Source of the DNA: Lachnospiraceae bacterium
GTDB lineage: Bacteria; Bacillota; Clostridia; Lachnospirales; Lachnospiraceae
Assembly: GCA_021205755.1 (NCBI GenBank)
Contig: JAJPWX010000036.1
Location: 26,315 to 90,314 of the forward strand
Direction: 5' to 3'
DNA length: 64,000 nt
Of this stretch, positions 1 through 8,393 are shown piece by piece (the stretch's first letter is position 1; the number at the start of each line of letters is the position of its first letter). A model generated the notes under the pieces. It made no database searches. It had not been told where the DNA came from and saw nothing but the letters and a program-made list of their open reading frames with translations. The translations under genes were made by a program, and so were the position numbers.

Positions 1-154
1 CCAGCTCTGCGATCTGCTCAACATACTCGGCATTCTGCGCTCTCAGCGACTGGCTTTGTACCAACAGGCCCAAAAGCAATACCATAACAATCGCGGCAAT
101 TGCATACATACCGCGCCGATTTCCCGTGCTCGGTTTCTTTCTCCGTCCTGCCAT
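1..154 (-). CDS. Septum formation initiator family protein (DivIC/FtsB-like), N-terminal part only; the gene runs off the left edge
   Basis: Not in the ORF track because it is truncated. Manual translation from ATG at 154-152 gives MAGRRKKPSTGNRRGMYAIAAIVMVLLLGLLVQSQSLRAQNAEYVEQIAEL: basic N-terminus, one TM helix, then the start of a coiled coil. It lies directly downstream of yabP-yabQ, as divIC does in Bacillus. Confidence 0.6.
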   Translation of the reverse strand, partial: MAGRRKKPSTGNRRGMYAIAAIVMVLLLGLLVQSQSLRAQNAEYVEQIAEL

Positions 155-324
155 CTCATTTACCCCTTTTCATGTTTTCAATACAAGAAATTAAGAAACC
201 CTGTCTCTTTTCTTTTCACGCTGAGCCTTCGTCTCCCTCTTCGGCCGTCCGCGTGAAATTCTCCCCTTCAAAACCGTTCTTATATTGTAAACTTTTTTTC
301 GAGTAAATTCAATTCTTTTCTTGC

Positions 325-711
325 TTATTTTACAAAAAAACCAAATATTTTTCTGAACACGGTCGAAAAAACCCGCAATGGAAAAGAGACCGCCCTGTAC
401 ATCAAAGTAAACACGCCGGAAAGTATCCTTACAGCACATGCGCTGATTGTAAAATGATACAGTAAAAATCCGATCAGAATCCCCGCAGCGACATAGTCTC
501 GAATCACGCCGTCCGTTTCCCGAAAGGCCAGGCAAAATGTCAGTGCCCCAGCCAGCAGCCAGAACAGAAAATCCTCTGCGGACAGAACCGGCAGACTGTG
601 GCGAAAGCTTCGGCGCAGCGCACGCAGGAGGTCATACAAAAAAGTAAGCGCTGCACCATGAAGCACTGAAATCAGAAAAACGGCAGTCTCCCGCCGTATC
701 ACACCGCTCAC
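325..711 (-). CDS. yabQ: Spore cortex biosynthesis protein YabQ
   Basis: 128-aa multi-TM protein. GTG start overlaps the yabP stop (GTGA). Conserved yabP-yabQ-divIC order. Confidence 0.75.
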   Translation of the reverse strand: MSGVIRRETAVFLISVLHGAALTFLYDLLRALRRSFRHSLPVLSAEDFLFWLLAGALTFCLAFRETDGVIRDYVAAGILIGFLLYHFTISACAVRILSGVFTLMYRAVSFPLRVFSTVFRKIFGFFVK

Positions 712-986
712 CGCAGCATTCTCCTGATCAGTGCGCCTTTTTTTGCGGGATTGCTGCCTGAATAGGTAATGCTGTCCACACTCCCGCGCATTTTCACCTC
801 TCCCTGAGAAAGCTCCAGGCGCCCTATGTGGAGATCCTTTCCCTTTACCGTAAGCCTCCCCTGTTCGGTCTGAAGCACCACCGTGTTCTCATCAAAAGAC
901 AGGACATCCGTCACACCTGTTACGCTGCCTTCCGCCCTGTCCCTCCACGAAATACTGTGTGCTGTTCCGCTTTTCTTTTCTTCCAT
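708..986 (-). CDS. yabP: Sporulation protein YabP
   Basis: ORF 708..1040 trimmed to the internal ATG (MEEKKSGTAHSISWRDR...). The segment VLSFDENTVVLQTEQGRLTVKGKDLHI is typical of the YabP family. Translationally coupled to yabQ. Confidence 0.75.
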   Translation of the reverse strand: MEEKKSGTAHSISWRDRAEGSVTGVTDVLSFDENTVVLQTEQGRLTVKGKDLHIGRLELSQGEVKMRGSVDSITYSGSNPAKKGALIRRMLR

Positions 987-1136
987 CCCGCACTCCGGAC
1001 ACAACCGCCTCGATTTTAATATATGAGAAAAGGGTACCATTCAGAACGAAAGAAAAGCCCCGTTCAAAAATACGGGACTTTCCTTCTGCATAAAACGCCA
1101 TTTTTCAAATATGTGATTACAAACTGTTCTGCAGCG

Positions 1137-1376
1137 TTACAGATAACGGTACATTTCAGCGGCGCCTTCTTTTTTGACGGTCTCCTGTACGGATACCACC
1201 TCTACTTTTACGGTACGGCTGCCAAACCCGATCTCAATCACGTCACCTGGCTTTACGGCCACGGATGCTTTCGCCGCTTTGCCATTTACCAGGACACGGC
1301 CAGCGTCACATGCCTCATTCGCCACTGTCCTGCGCTTGATCAGCCTCGATACCTTCAGATATTTGTCCAGACGCAT
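1137..1376 (-). CDS. S4-domain RNA-binding protein (YabO/Hsp15-like)
   Basis: 79 aa. MRLDKYLKVSRLIKRRTVANEACDAGRVLVNGK is an S4 domain signature. Sits between hup and yabP. Confidence 0.8.
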   Translation of the reverse strand: MRLDKYLKVSRLIKRRTVANEACDAGRVLVNGKAAKASVAVKPGDVIEIGFGSRTVKVEVVSVQETVKKEGAAEMYRYL

Positions 1377-1380
1377 CGGA

Positions 1381-1656
1381 TTACTCGTTTACGGTGTCCT
1401 TCAGAGCTTTGCCGGCTTTGAATTTCGGCATCTTAGAAGCTGCAATCTTCATCGTCTCGCCGGTCTGCGGGTTTCTTCCCTCTCTCTCCGGGCGAACAGC
1501 TACTTCAAATGTACCAAAGCCAACCAGCTGTACCTTCTCACCGCTCTTCAGCTGCTCTGTAACGACTTCTGTAAAAGCCTTTACCGCTTTTTCTGCATCC
1601 TTTCTTGATAACTCGGTCTTCTCCGCAATCGCTGCGACTAATTCTGTCTTATTCAT
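1381..1656 (-). CDS. hup: DNA-binding protein HU
   Basis: Trimmed to [25 protein letters not shown]...[42 protein letters not shown], a canonical HU sequence. AGGAGG RBS at 1663-1668. Confidence 0.95.
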   Translation of the reverse strand: MNKTELVAAIAEKTELSRKDAEKAVKAFTEVVTEQLKSGEKVQLVGFGTFEVAVRPEREGRNPQTGETMKIAASKMPKFKAGKALKDTVNE

Positions 1657-1794
1657 TGTAATTCCTCCTGTAAATAGTTCTGTATTTTGTTGCACCATGG
1701 GGCTTTCCCTGTCATTGGAAAGAGAAATCGTGTGCATCCACAAGTCCCTCGCACATATTTATATAATGATCGACTTCTTTTGTCAAGGTTTTCC

Positions 1795-3534
1795 TCAAAG
1801 CATTTTATTGATCATTGCCAGCACCTGTTCGCCTAACGCCGCGGATTTCGCGTCTGCATCCTCCAGGGATGTGCCCTTAATCCCATAGTAGAACTTCACC
1901 TTCGGCTCCGTACCGGACGGACGTACACATAACCAGGCATCATCCGTAAGATCGTAGTAGAGTACGTTTGAATTCGGAAGTCCGGTCGGCTTCACTTCTC
2001 CGGTTGCAATGTTTTTGATCGTATCTGCCTTATAGTCACGCGCAGAAAGCACCTTATAACCGCCAATTTCTGTCGGCGGATTCTGCCGCAGAGTGTTGAG
2101 AATATCCTGAATCTTCTGCAGCCCTTCAATGCCCTTGAGCGTGATGGACTTAATATCATCCTTGTAATAGCCATAGCGCTCATACATATCAATCATCGCA
2201 TCCCAGAGCGTCTTGCCCTGTGTCTTGTAGAATGCGGCCGCTTCCGCGAGCGCCATTACCGCCACGATCGCGTCTTTGTCGCGTGCGTGAGTGCCGATCA
2301 GGCAGCCATAGCTCTCCTCAAAACCAAACAGGTATGTACCCTTGCCGCTCTGCTCGAAGCCAAGGATCTGCTGTCCGATATATTTGAACCCGGTCAGGAC
2401 TTCGACAAGGCCTGTCCCGTAATACTTCGCGATCGCATCCGCCATGTTCGTCGTCACAATGGTCTTAATCAGAACGCCGTCCTCCGGAAGTCCCTGCAGC
2501 GCCTTTTTCTGGCTGATCTCATAGTCTGCCAGCAGGCAGCCGGACATATTGCCGGTCAGCGTATGATATTCGCCGGTCTTTGCATCCTTCACACGAACGC
2601 CGAGGCGATCCGCATCCGGGTCAGTCGCAAGCACCAGATCTGCGTCAATCTCCTTTGCCAGCTTCAGGCCAAGTTCAAACGCCTCGTCCGCCTCCGGGTT
2701 CGGATAGCTGACCGTCGGGAAGTCTCCGTCCGGCAGCTCCTGCTCCGGTACAACATAAACGTTCTCGAAACCAAGTTCCTTCAGCACGCGGCGTGCCGGG
2801 ATATTGCCCGTGCCATGCAGCGGCGTGTAAACAATCTTCAGATTCTTACTTTCCTTAGCAATTGCCTCCGGATGAAGCACCAGCTTCTTCAGACAGCCGA
2901 TAAACGCGTCATCAATTTTCCCGCCAATAACTTCATAGAGTCCCGCAGCGATCGCCGCATCCTTATCCATCGTCTTCGCAGCCGTGTAATCCGTGATTGC
3001 TTTTACCTCAGCCATGATACCGGTGTCATGCGGCGGCGTAATCTGCGCGCCGTCCTCCCAGTATACCTTGTAACCATTATACTCCGGCGGATTGTGGCTC
3101 GCGGTAATGTTAATGCCTGCAATGCAGCCAAGCTCCCGCACCGCGAAAGACAGCTCCGGAGTCGGACGCAGAGATTCAAATACATACGCCTTAATGCCAT
3201 TCGCCGCCAGTGTCAGCGCCGCGAAATCTGCAAACTCCGGCGACATATGTCTGGAGTCAAAGGCAATCGCCACACACTTCGTCTGTGAATCACTTACCTT
3301 ATTAATATAATTCGCAAGCCCCTGTGTCGCTTTCTGTACGACATACTGATTCATGCGGTTCGTCCCCGCACCAATCACCCCGCGCAGGCCGGCTGTACCA
3401 AACTCCAGTTCCGTGTAAAACCTCTCCTTGATCTCATTTTCATCATTTTCAATCGCTTTCAGCTCTACTTTCGTCGCTTCATCAAAATACGGATTTGAAA
3501 GCCATTCCTCATAAGCCTTTCTGTACGCTTCCAT
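1795..3534 (-). CDS. Phospho-sugar mutase (alpha-D-phosphohexomutase family, PgcA-like phosphoglucomutase)
   Basis: 579 aa. Active-site loop TASHNPPEYNGYKVY. Family-typical length. GGAGG RBS. Confidence 0.9.
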   Translation of the reverse strand: MEAYRKAYEEWLSNPYFDEATKVELKAIENDENEIKERFYTELEFGTAGLRGVIGAGTNRMNQYVVQKATQGLANYINKVSDSQTKCVAIAFDSRHMSPEFADFAALTLAANGIKAYVFESLRPTPELSFAVRELGCIAGINITASHNPPEYNGYKVYWEDGAQITPPHDTGIMAEVKAITDYTAAKTMDKDAAIAAGLYEVIGGKIDDAFIGCLKKLVLHPEAIAKESKNLKIVYTPLHGTGNIPARRVLKELGFENVYVVPEQELPDGDFPTVSYPNPEADEAFELGLKLAKEIDADLVLATDPDADRLGVRVKDAKTGEYHTLTGNMSGCLLADYEISQKKALQGLPEDGVLIKTIVTTNMADAIAKYYGTGLVEVLTGFKYIGQQILGFEQSGKGTYLFGFEESYGCLIGTHARDKDAIVAVMALAEAAAFYKTQGKTLWDAMIDMYERYGYYKDDIKSITLKGIEGLQKIQDILNTLRQNPPTEIGGYKVLSARDYKADTIKNIATGEVKPTGLPNSNVLYYDLTDDAWLCVRPSGTEPKVKFYYGIKGTSLEDADAKSAALGEQVLAMINKML

Positions 3535-3604
3535 TCGATACCTCCTGGGTTTTTAAAATAATAAATGCTCGTGCGCCTGGCGCACTTTTCTTTTGATAGG
3601 TCAC

Positions 3605-3613
3605 ATTATACCA
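3605..3613 (-). promoter_or_regulatory. Candidate extended -10 (TGgTATAAT) for the phospho-sugar mutase gene
   Basis: The minus strand reads cttGGTATAATgtga about 70 nt upstream of the ATG at 3534. The -35 is weak. Confidence 0.35.
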
Positions 3614-3710
3614 AGTTTTAACTGAAATGGGAACCTGTTTTCTGCCTTTTCTGCTGCTTTTTACCCGTATTTTTCGTATTTTTCGAATTGCATAAGTCAC
3701 AGATTTCCGG

Positions 3711-3739
3711 TTGCTTTTTCCAGTGAAATCGTTTATAAT
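3711..3739 (+). promoter_or_regulatory. Candidate sigma-A promoter of the peptide ABC operon (TTGCTT-17-TATAAT)
   Basis: TTGCTT at 3711-3716, 17-nt spacer, TATAAT at 3734-3739. Leaves a leader of about 208 nt before the ATG at 3954. Confidence 0.45.
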
Positions 3740-3888
3740 AGGTGGCAGTTGTGGACTGATTACGAAGGGGTAACTGACATCGCGGGGGTGGTCTGTTGCC
3801 CCTTTTTCTGTTAAAGACAGCAGAGTAATGACTTTCGGGACGCAGTGTGAGGTTTCTTCACCGTAATAAGTCTGCGCGGTTTGTGACT

Positions 3889-3924
3889 GTAACGATTGAA
3901 CAGCAGACTGTTCTGAACTGTTAC
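3889..3924. repeat. Nested palindrome GTAAC..GAACAG-caga-CTGTTC..GTTAC in the oppA-like leader; possible third member of the GTTCAGAAC palindrome family
   Basis: GAACAG (3898-3903) pairs with CTGTTC (3908-3913), and the outer GTAAC (3889-3893) with GTTAC (3920-3924). The minus strand reads AACAGTTCAGAAC...CTGCTGTTC, similar to 33519..33567. Confidence 0.4.
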
Positions 3925-3953
3925 GCAAAATGTATATTCAGGAGGAAATTACC

Positions 3954-5900
3954 ATGAAAAAATTATCCAGACGAGAATTCCTGCGTGGTTCCGCAGCGAG
4001 CGCGGCGGGTCTTGCACTGTCAGGCTTCTTCGGACCGCTTGGTACGACGGTAATGGCGGAGGAAGATTCTGAGAGCGTTTACCGCGTTTTGTATTCCGGA
4101 GAGCTGACCACGCTGAATTATCTGATCACCGCTTCTACGGCTGAATTTGCCATCGGCGCGAATGTTGTAGACACACTGATCGAGTATGACAGCTTCGGTG
4201 AGCTTCAGCCGAGCCTTGCTACAGAGTGGGTTCACGATGAAGAAGCAAACACCTGGACTTTCACAATCCGTGAGGGACAGTCCTGGATTGACTCCACCGG
4301 AGCCGTCGTTGCTGATGTGACGGCACAGGATTTCGTAGACGCGATGAAATATGTGCTGACACCGGAATATGGCAGCGCGACTGCACAGAACCTGTTCGGT
4401 GTTATCGCAAACGCTGAGGAGTATTACAATGGCCTTGCGGGCGAGGAAGGCTACGAGGAGATTGATTTCTCTGAGGTCGGCGTAGCAGCGACCGATACCT
4501 ACACACTGACTTACACGCTGGCGAAGGAAGTACCGTATTTCCTGTCCATGCTTACTTATATCTGCTTCATGCCGGCTTATGGTCCGCAGCTGGAAGAGCT
4601 CGGCGCAAGCTTCGGTACCTCCGCAGAGAATATGTATTACAACGGCGCGTTCTATCTTTCCAGCTATGAGCCGCAGGTCGAGCTGGTAATGACAAAGAAC
4701 CCGAACAACTGGGACGCGGACAATGTCCTGATTGATGAAATTCAGAAGACCTACAACGCTGAGGCGGATACCATCGGCGCTGAGATGGCAAAGCGCGGCG
4801 AGATCGATTACACGACCTTAAGCGCAGATATCGTAGACTCCTGGCTCGCAGATGAAGAGACCAGCAGCATGGTCAGCATGGAGCGTCCGTCTATCGATTA
4901 CTGCTATTTCTATTGCTTCAACTTTAATATGTATGCCCTGAATGAGGATTACACCACGGAAGGCATGGAAGGCTACAGCGTTGATGAGGCATATGAGCCG
5001 GAGAACTGGATGCTCGCAGTAAATAATGAGAACTTCCGTCAGTCCATCCGCCACGCGATCAACCGTCTGTCCACTTACTCTGTAGACACCGGTTCTTACG
5101 CAGATCCGACCACCTATATGCAGAACACCATCACACCGGTTGGTTTTGCTACCAACTCCGACACGGGCGCAGATTATACAGATGAGGACGCACTTGCAGA
5201 CATCATGGCGACCGATTCCTATGACTCTGAGCTGGCTCTTTCTTACAAGGAGGCAGCGATGGAAGAGCTGACCGCGGCAGGCGCGACCTTCCCGGTTAAA
5301 ATTCTTGTAAAATACAATCCGTCTACGACGAACTGGGAGGATCGTTCCATCGTCCTTGAACAGCAGCTGGAAGCAATCCTTGGCACAGATTACGTAGATA
5401 TCACGGTGGAAGCAGGCCCGTCCGACGGCTTCCTGAGCGCAGTTCGCCGTGCCGGCAATTATCAGCTGATGCTTTGCAACTGGGGCGCAGACTACGCAGA
5501 TCCGGAGACCTGGACCGATCCATTTTATCAGTCAGCAAACAGCGACGGTTCCTATGATCCGGGTATGAAATATGCTTACCTGGCAACTGCGATCACAGAC
5601 GGCACTGAATCCGCTGAGACAGTAGCAGAATACTTCGCGATGGTGGAAGCTGCAAAAGAAATCACAAGCGATACCGCTGCCCGTTACACTGCTTTTGCAG
5701 AGGCAGAGGCTTATCTGATCGATCACGCACTTGTCGTTCCATATGGTCTGGAAGTCAGCAGCTTTGTTGTGAGCAAGCTGAATCCGTGGGAAGGCCAGTA
5801 CGCCGCATTTGGTGTTTCCAACCAGCGCTACAAGGGGCAGCAGCTCTATGACGATTTTATCTCAATGGAGCAGTACGAGGCATCTGCAGCGGAGCACTGA
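3954..5900 (+). CDS. Peptide/nickel-type ABC transporter substrate-binding protein (family 5, OppA/DppA-like)
   Basis: Trimmed to MKKLSRREFLRGSAASAAGLALSG... (twin-arginine style signal) with GGAGG at 3941-3945. About 650 aa, typical of cluster C SBPs. Followed by two permeases and two ATPases. Confidence 0.9.
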   Translation: MKKLSRREFLRGSAASAAGLALSGFFGPLGTTVMAEEDSESVYRVLYSGELTTLNYLITASTAEFAIGANVVDTLIEYDSFGELQPSLATEWVHDEEANTWTFTIREGQSWIDSTGAVVADVTAQDFVDAMKYVLTPEYGSATAQNLFGVIANAEEYYNGLAGEEGYEEIDFSEVGVAATDTYTLTYTLAKEVPYFLSMLTYICFMPAYGPQLEELGASFGTSAENMYYNGAFYLSSYEPQVELVMTKNPNNWDADNVLIDEIQKTYNAEADTIGAEMAKRGEIDYTTLSADIVDSWLADEETSSMVSMERPSIDYCYFYCFNFNMYALNEDYTTEGMEGYSVDEAYEPENWMLAVNNENFRQSIRHAINRLSTYSVDTGSYADPTTYMQNTITPVGFATNSDTGADYTDEDALADIMATDSYDSELALSYKEAAMEELTAAGATFPVKILVKYNPSTTNWEDRSIVLEQQLEAILGTDYVDITVEAGPSDGFLSAVRRAGNYQLMLCNWGADYADPETWTDPFYQSANSDGSYDPGMKYAYLATAITDGTESAETVAEYFAMVEAAKEITSDTAARYTAFAEAEAYLIDHALVVPYGLEVSSFVVSKLNPWEGQYAAFGVSNQRYKGQQLYDDFISMEQYEASAAEH

Positions 5901-5937
5901 TAAAGATACAGCCATTTTCAAATGAACCAGGCAGTCT

Positions 5938-5965
5938 GGCAGGTGCAGCGCAAACTGCACCTGCC
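5938..5965 (+). other. Perfect 11-bp GC-rich stem-loop just after the SBP gene (GGCAGGTGCAG-cgcaaa-CTGCACCTGCC), no U-tract
   Basis: Direct inspection. Position 38 nt after the stop suggests an mRNA-stabilising or partial-termination hairpin between the SBP and permease genes. Confidence 0.55.
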
Positions 5966-5968
5966 GTC

Positions 5969-5996
5969 GTAACTGTTTCAGTACCCTCACAGTTAC
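5969..5996. repeat. Copy 1 of a conserved 27-30 nt hairpin element (GTAACTGT-ttcagtaccctc-ACAGTTAC)
   Basis: Near-identical to 34698..34727 and 63209..63237, including the loop sequence. Confidence 0.7.
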
Positions 5997-6011
5997 CTGC
6001 CATCTTTTATA

Positions 6012-6035
6012 CGCCCCGCGGGAAACTACGGGGCG
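6012..6035 (+). other. 7-bp GC stem-loop (CGCCCCG-cgggaaacta-CGGGGCG)
   Basis: Direct inspection. Third hairpin in the 392-nt SBP-permease spacer. Confidence 0.4.
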
Positions 6036-6130
6036 CAGATTTTCCCTCACGCGGATATTTTTGGCTCTGTGCACCAGACATAAATGAGGCTCGGAAACCT
6101 GGTTTTCCGGACGTCATTTGTGCCTGCCAC

Positions 6131-6190
6131 GTTACGATTCACGGCGAGCCTGACAATTGCTGGCAGGCTGCGCCAGAACACGTTTCGTAT
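6131..6190 (+). repeat. Copy A of a 60-nt intergenic repeat containing the hairpin AGCCTGACA-nTTGC-TGnCAGGCT
   Basis: 53 of 60 nt identical to the reverse complement of 49688..49747. Sequence: GTTACgATTCACGGCGAGCCTGACAaTTGCTGgCAGGCTGCGCCAGAACaCgTTTcGTAT. Confidence 0.8.
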
Positions 6191-6292
6191 GCCACGAATA
6201 CTGCACGAAAAACATAACATTCCCGTTTCCCTTTCGGCGCTAATGCTTAACCGGTTCCGCCGCACTTGGGGAAACGCATTATGGAGGTACCT

Positions 6293-7234
6293 ATGGTAAA
6301 ATATCTGGCCAAACGAATCGGGCGTTCCCTGATTACACTTTTCATCATCATCTGCGTTGTCTTTATCCTGATGCGGCAGATGCCCATCGAAGGCTATTTC
6401 CAGAACTTTGATAAGCTGACCGAAGCCCAGATTCAGGCCGGTCTGGAAGAGCAGGGACTTCTGGATCCCATGCCAGTACAGCTTCTTCACTTTTTCCAGA
6501 ATATGTTAAAAGGAGATTTCGGCGTTTCCCATTCCTATCGCGTGAATGTACCGGTGACGGAAATTCTGGCGGACAAGCTTCCTATTTCCATCAAGCTTGG
6601 CTCCCTTTCCATCCTTGTCTCCCTGATTCTCGGCATTCCTCTGGGAACGATCATGGCGCGGTTTAAAAGCCGGATTCCGGACAAGCTGGGCACCCTTTTC
6701 ATCGTTTTTATCCAGGCGGTTCCGGCGGCGGTGTATTATCTTTTTATCCAGATGTACGGTACGCTGCTCCTTGACATTCCGCTGCTCTTCGATGAATCAA
6801 ACTGGAAAAGCTGGATTCTGCCGGTCTTTTCCATGTCGCTGGGAAATATCGCCTACTATGGCATGTGGCTGCGCCGTTATATGGTGGACGAGTCCAACAA
6901 AGACTACGTCCGGCTCGCCAAAGCGAAAGGCGCGTCCGGCAACTCCATAATGTTCCGCCATATTTTCCGCAATGCCTTTGTCCCGATGGTGCAGTACCTG
7001 CCGTCTTCTTTTTTGAATACCGTCATTGGTTCCATTTATGTGGAATCCCTTTACAGCATCCCCGGCATGGGCGGCCTGCTGGTGACCGTAATCAAGGGAA
7101 ACGACAACAACATGGTACAGGCGATCGTGCTGCTGTACGCCACGGTCGGCGTCATCGGCCTGCTGCTTGGCGATATTATGATGGTAATTCTGGATCCCAG
7201 GATTTCCCTGAGCGGAAAGGAGGGCGAGCGCTAA
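6293..7234 (+). CDS. ABC transporter permease (OppB/DppB-like)
   Basis: Trimmed to MVKYLAKRIGRSLITLFII... with GGAGG 5 nt upstream. Family-typical N-terminus and about 313 aa length. Confidence 0.9.
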   Translation: MVKYLAKRIGRSLITLFIIICVVFILMRQMPIEGYFQNFDKLTEAQIQAGLEEQGLLDPMPVQLLHFFQNMLKGDFGVSHSYRVNVPVTEILADKLPISIKLGSLSILVSLILGIPLGTIMARFKSRIPDKLGTLFIVFIQAVPAAVYYLFIQMYGTLLLDIPLLFDESNWKSWILPVFSMSLGNIAYYGMWLRRYMVDESNKDYVRLAKAKGASGNSIMFRHIFRNAFVPMVQYLPSSFLNTVIGSIYVESLYSIPGMGGLLVTVIKGNDNNMVQAIVLLYATVGVIGLLLGDIMMVILDPRISLSGKEGER

Positions 7235-8331
7235 TGGCACGCACCATACGAGACCACGTTTCCGAAAAGCTGGAAAAAAATATGGAAGACAGCCTGCGCG
7301 AGGCACTCCAGGGCGGTGCTGAGACTGGCCATGAGGAAACTGCAGCTGATGGCAAACAAAACGGTTCCTCCGCGAGCAGAAACAATTCTTCCTCGGACGA
7401 TGAGGCGGATTTGTTTACCTTTGCAGATTATGACGAGGCCGAAAGCGAACGCGCCGGTTACACCAATTACTCCTATTGGGGAAGCACTGTGCGGATGTTT
7501 TTCAAAGATAAAGGCGCGGTATTCTGCCTGATTGTGATGATCGCGATCATCGCGTTTACCATTATCCAGCCGTATCTGCCCGGCCAGCGCGACCCGTATA
7601 CCATTAATACGGACTCCGAGCTGTTCATCCCCCTGAGGAATGTCGCTCCCTGCGCGGAATACTGGTTTGGCACGAATTCCATCGGCCAGGATCTCTGGGC
7701 ACGCATCTGGGCCGGCACCCGCACCTCTCTGTTCATTGGCTTTGCCGTGGCCATGGTAGAAGCTGTGGTCGGCATCACCATGGGCGTACTCTGGGGCTAT
7801 GTGCGCAAGCTGGACTTCCTTTTTACAGAAATTTACAATGTGCTGGATAACATTCCGCAGACCATCGTCCTGATTCTGATCGCTTACATCATGACGCCCA
7901 GTGTGAAAACCCTGATTTTCGCCATGAGCCTGACCGGCTGGATTGGGATGGCACGTTTCATCCGCAACCAGATCCTGATCATCCGCGACCGCGATTACAA
8001 TCTGGCTTCCCGCTGCCTGGGTACCCCTACGAAGCGGCTTGTTTTCAAGAACCTGCTTCCATATCTGGTATCCGTCATCATGCTGCGCATGGCGCTGGCG
8101 ATCCCGGCGGCGATCGGAAACGAGGTCTTCATCACCTACATCGGCCTCGGCCTTCCCGCCACGACCGCCAGCCTCGGTCAGCTGATTGAAGACGGACGGC
8201 AGGTCATGATGAACGCATCCCAGCGCTACCAGCTGATTTTTCCGGCGGTCGTGCTTTCCATTGTGACGATTTCCTTCTACATCGTGGGTAATGCGTTCTC
8301 CGACGCGGCAGATCCCAAGAATCATAGATGA
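7234..8331 (+). CDS. ABC transporter permease (OppC/DppC-like) with an acidic N-terminal extension
   Basis: ATG overlaps the upstream stop (TAATG at 7232-7236). Sequence MARTIRDHV...; the C-terminal 280 aa has the multi-TM pattern of OppC (FGTNSIGQDLWARIWAGTRTSL). Confidence 0.85.
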   Translation: MARTIRDHVSEKLEKNMEDSLREALQGGAETGHEETAADGKQNGSSASRNNSSSDDEADLFTFADYDEAESERAGYTNYSYWGSTVRMFFKDKGAVFCLIVMIAIIAFTIIQPYLPGQRDPYTINTDSELFIPLRNVAPCAEYWFGTNSIGQDLWARIWAGTRTSLFIGFAVAMVEAVVGITMGVLWGYVRKLDFLFTEIYNVLDNIPQTIVLILIAYIMTPSVKTLIFAMSLTGWIGMARFIRNQILIIRDRDYNLASRCLGTPTKRLVFKNLLPYLVSVIMLRMALAIPAAIGNEVFITYIGLGLPATTASLGQLIEDGRQVMMNASQRYQLIFPAVVLSIVTISFYIVGNAFSDAADPKNHR

Positions 8332-8393
8332 TGTATGTCCTGCACTGCTTTTATGCAGGACGCGTTACAGGACACACCAGTTAAGGAGCAGAT

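Noticed and set aside
3790-3815. GGGGGTGGTCTG in the oppA leader, resembling the T-box GGGUGGNACCGCG.
   Set aside because: Only about 75 nt separate the candidate promoter from this site. That leaves no room for stem I or a specifier loop, and the flanking T-box residues do not match.
3898-3913. GAACAG-caga-CTGTTC palindrome as a possible LexA/SOS box.
   Set aside because: The Gram-positive SOS box is GAAC-N4-GTTC. Here the GAAC and GTTC halves are 8 nt apart, and the gene context (a peptide transporter) does not fit.
7231-8325. Long antisense or overlapping ORFs inside real genes: 7231..8325(-), 2287..3288(+), 11013..11702(-), 12946..13908(+), 20860..21819(+), 22962..23933(+), 30063..30773(-), 37622..38491(+), 43425..44231(+), 51363..52175(+).
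   Set aside because: Each lies entirely within a gene on the other strand or frame that has clear family motifs and an RBS. Their products are Arg/Pro/His-rich with no motifs, which is typical of shadow ORFs in moderately GC-rich DNA.
8364-8379. CGTTACAGG(A/T)CACACC occurs at 8364 (upstream of the OppD-like gene) and at 47506 (upstream of xpaC), with looser CGTTACAGTCAC variants at 29883 and 3880-3895.
   Set aside because: By my estimate, about ten 16-of-17 matches between two sites are expected by chance in 64 kb on both strands. Orientation relative to the genes is also inconsistent. Not reported as a regulatory motif.
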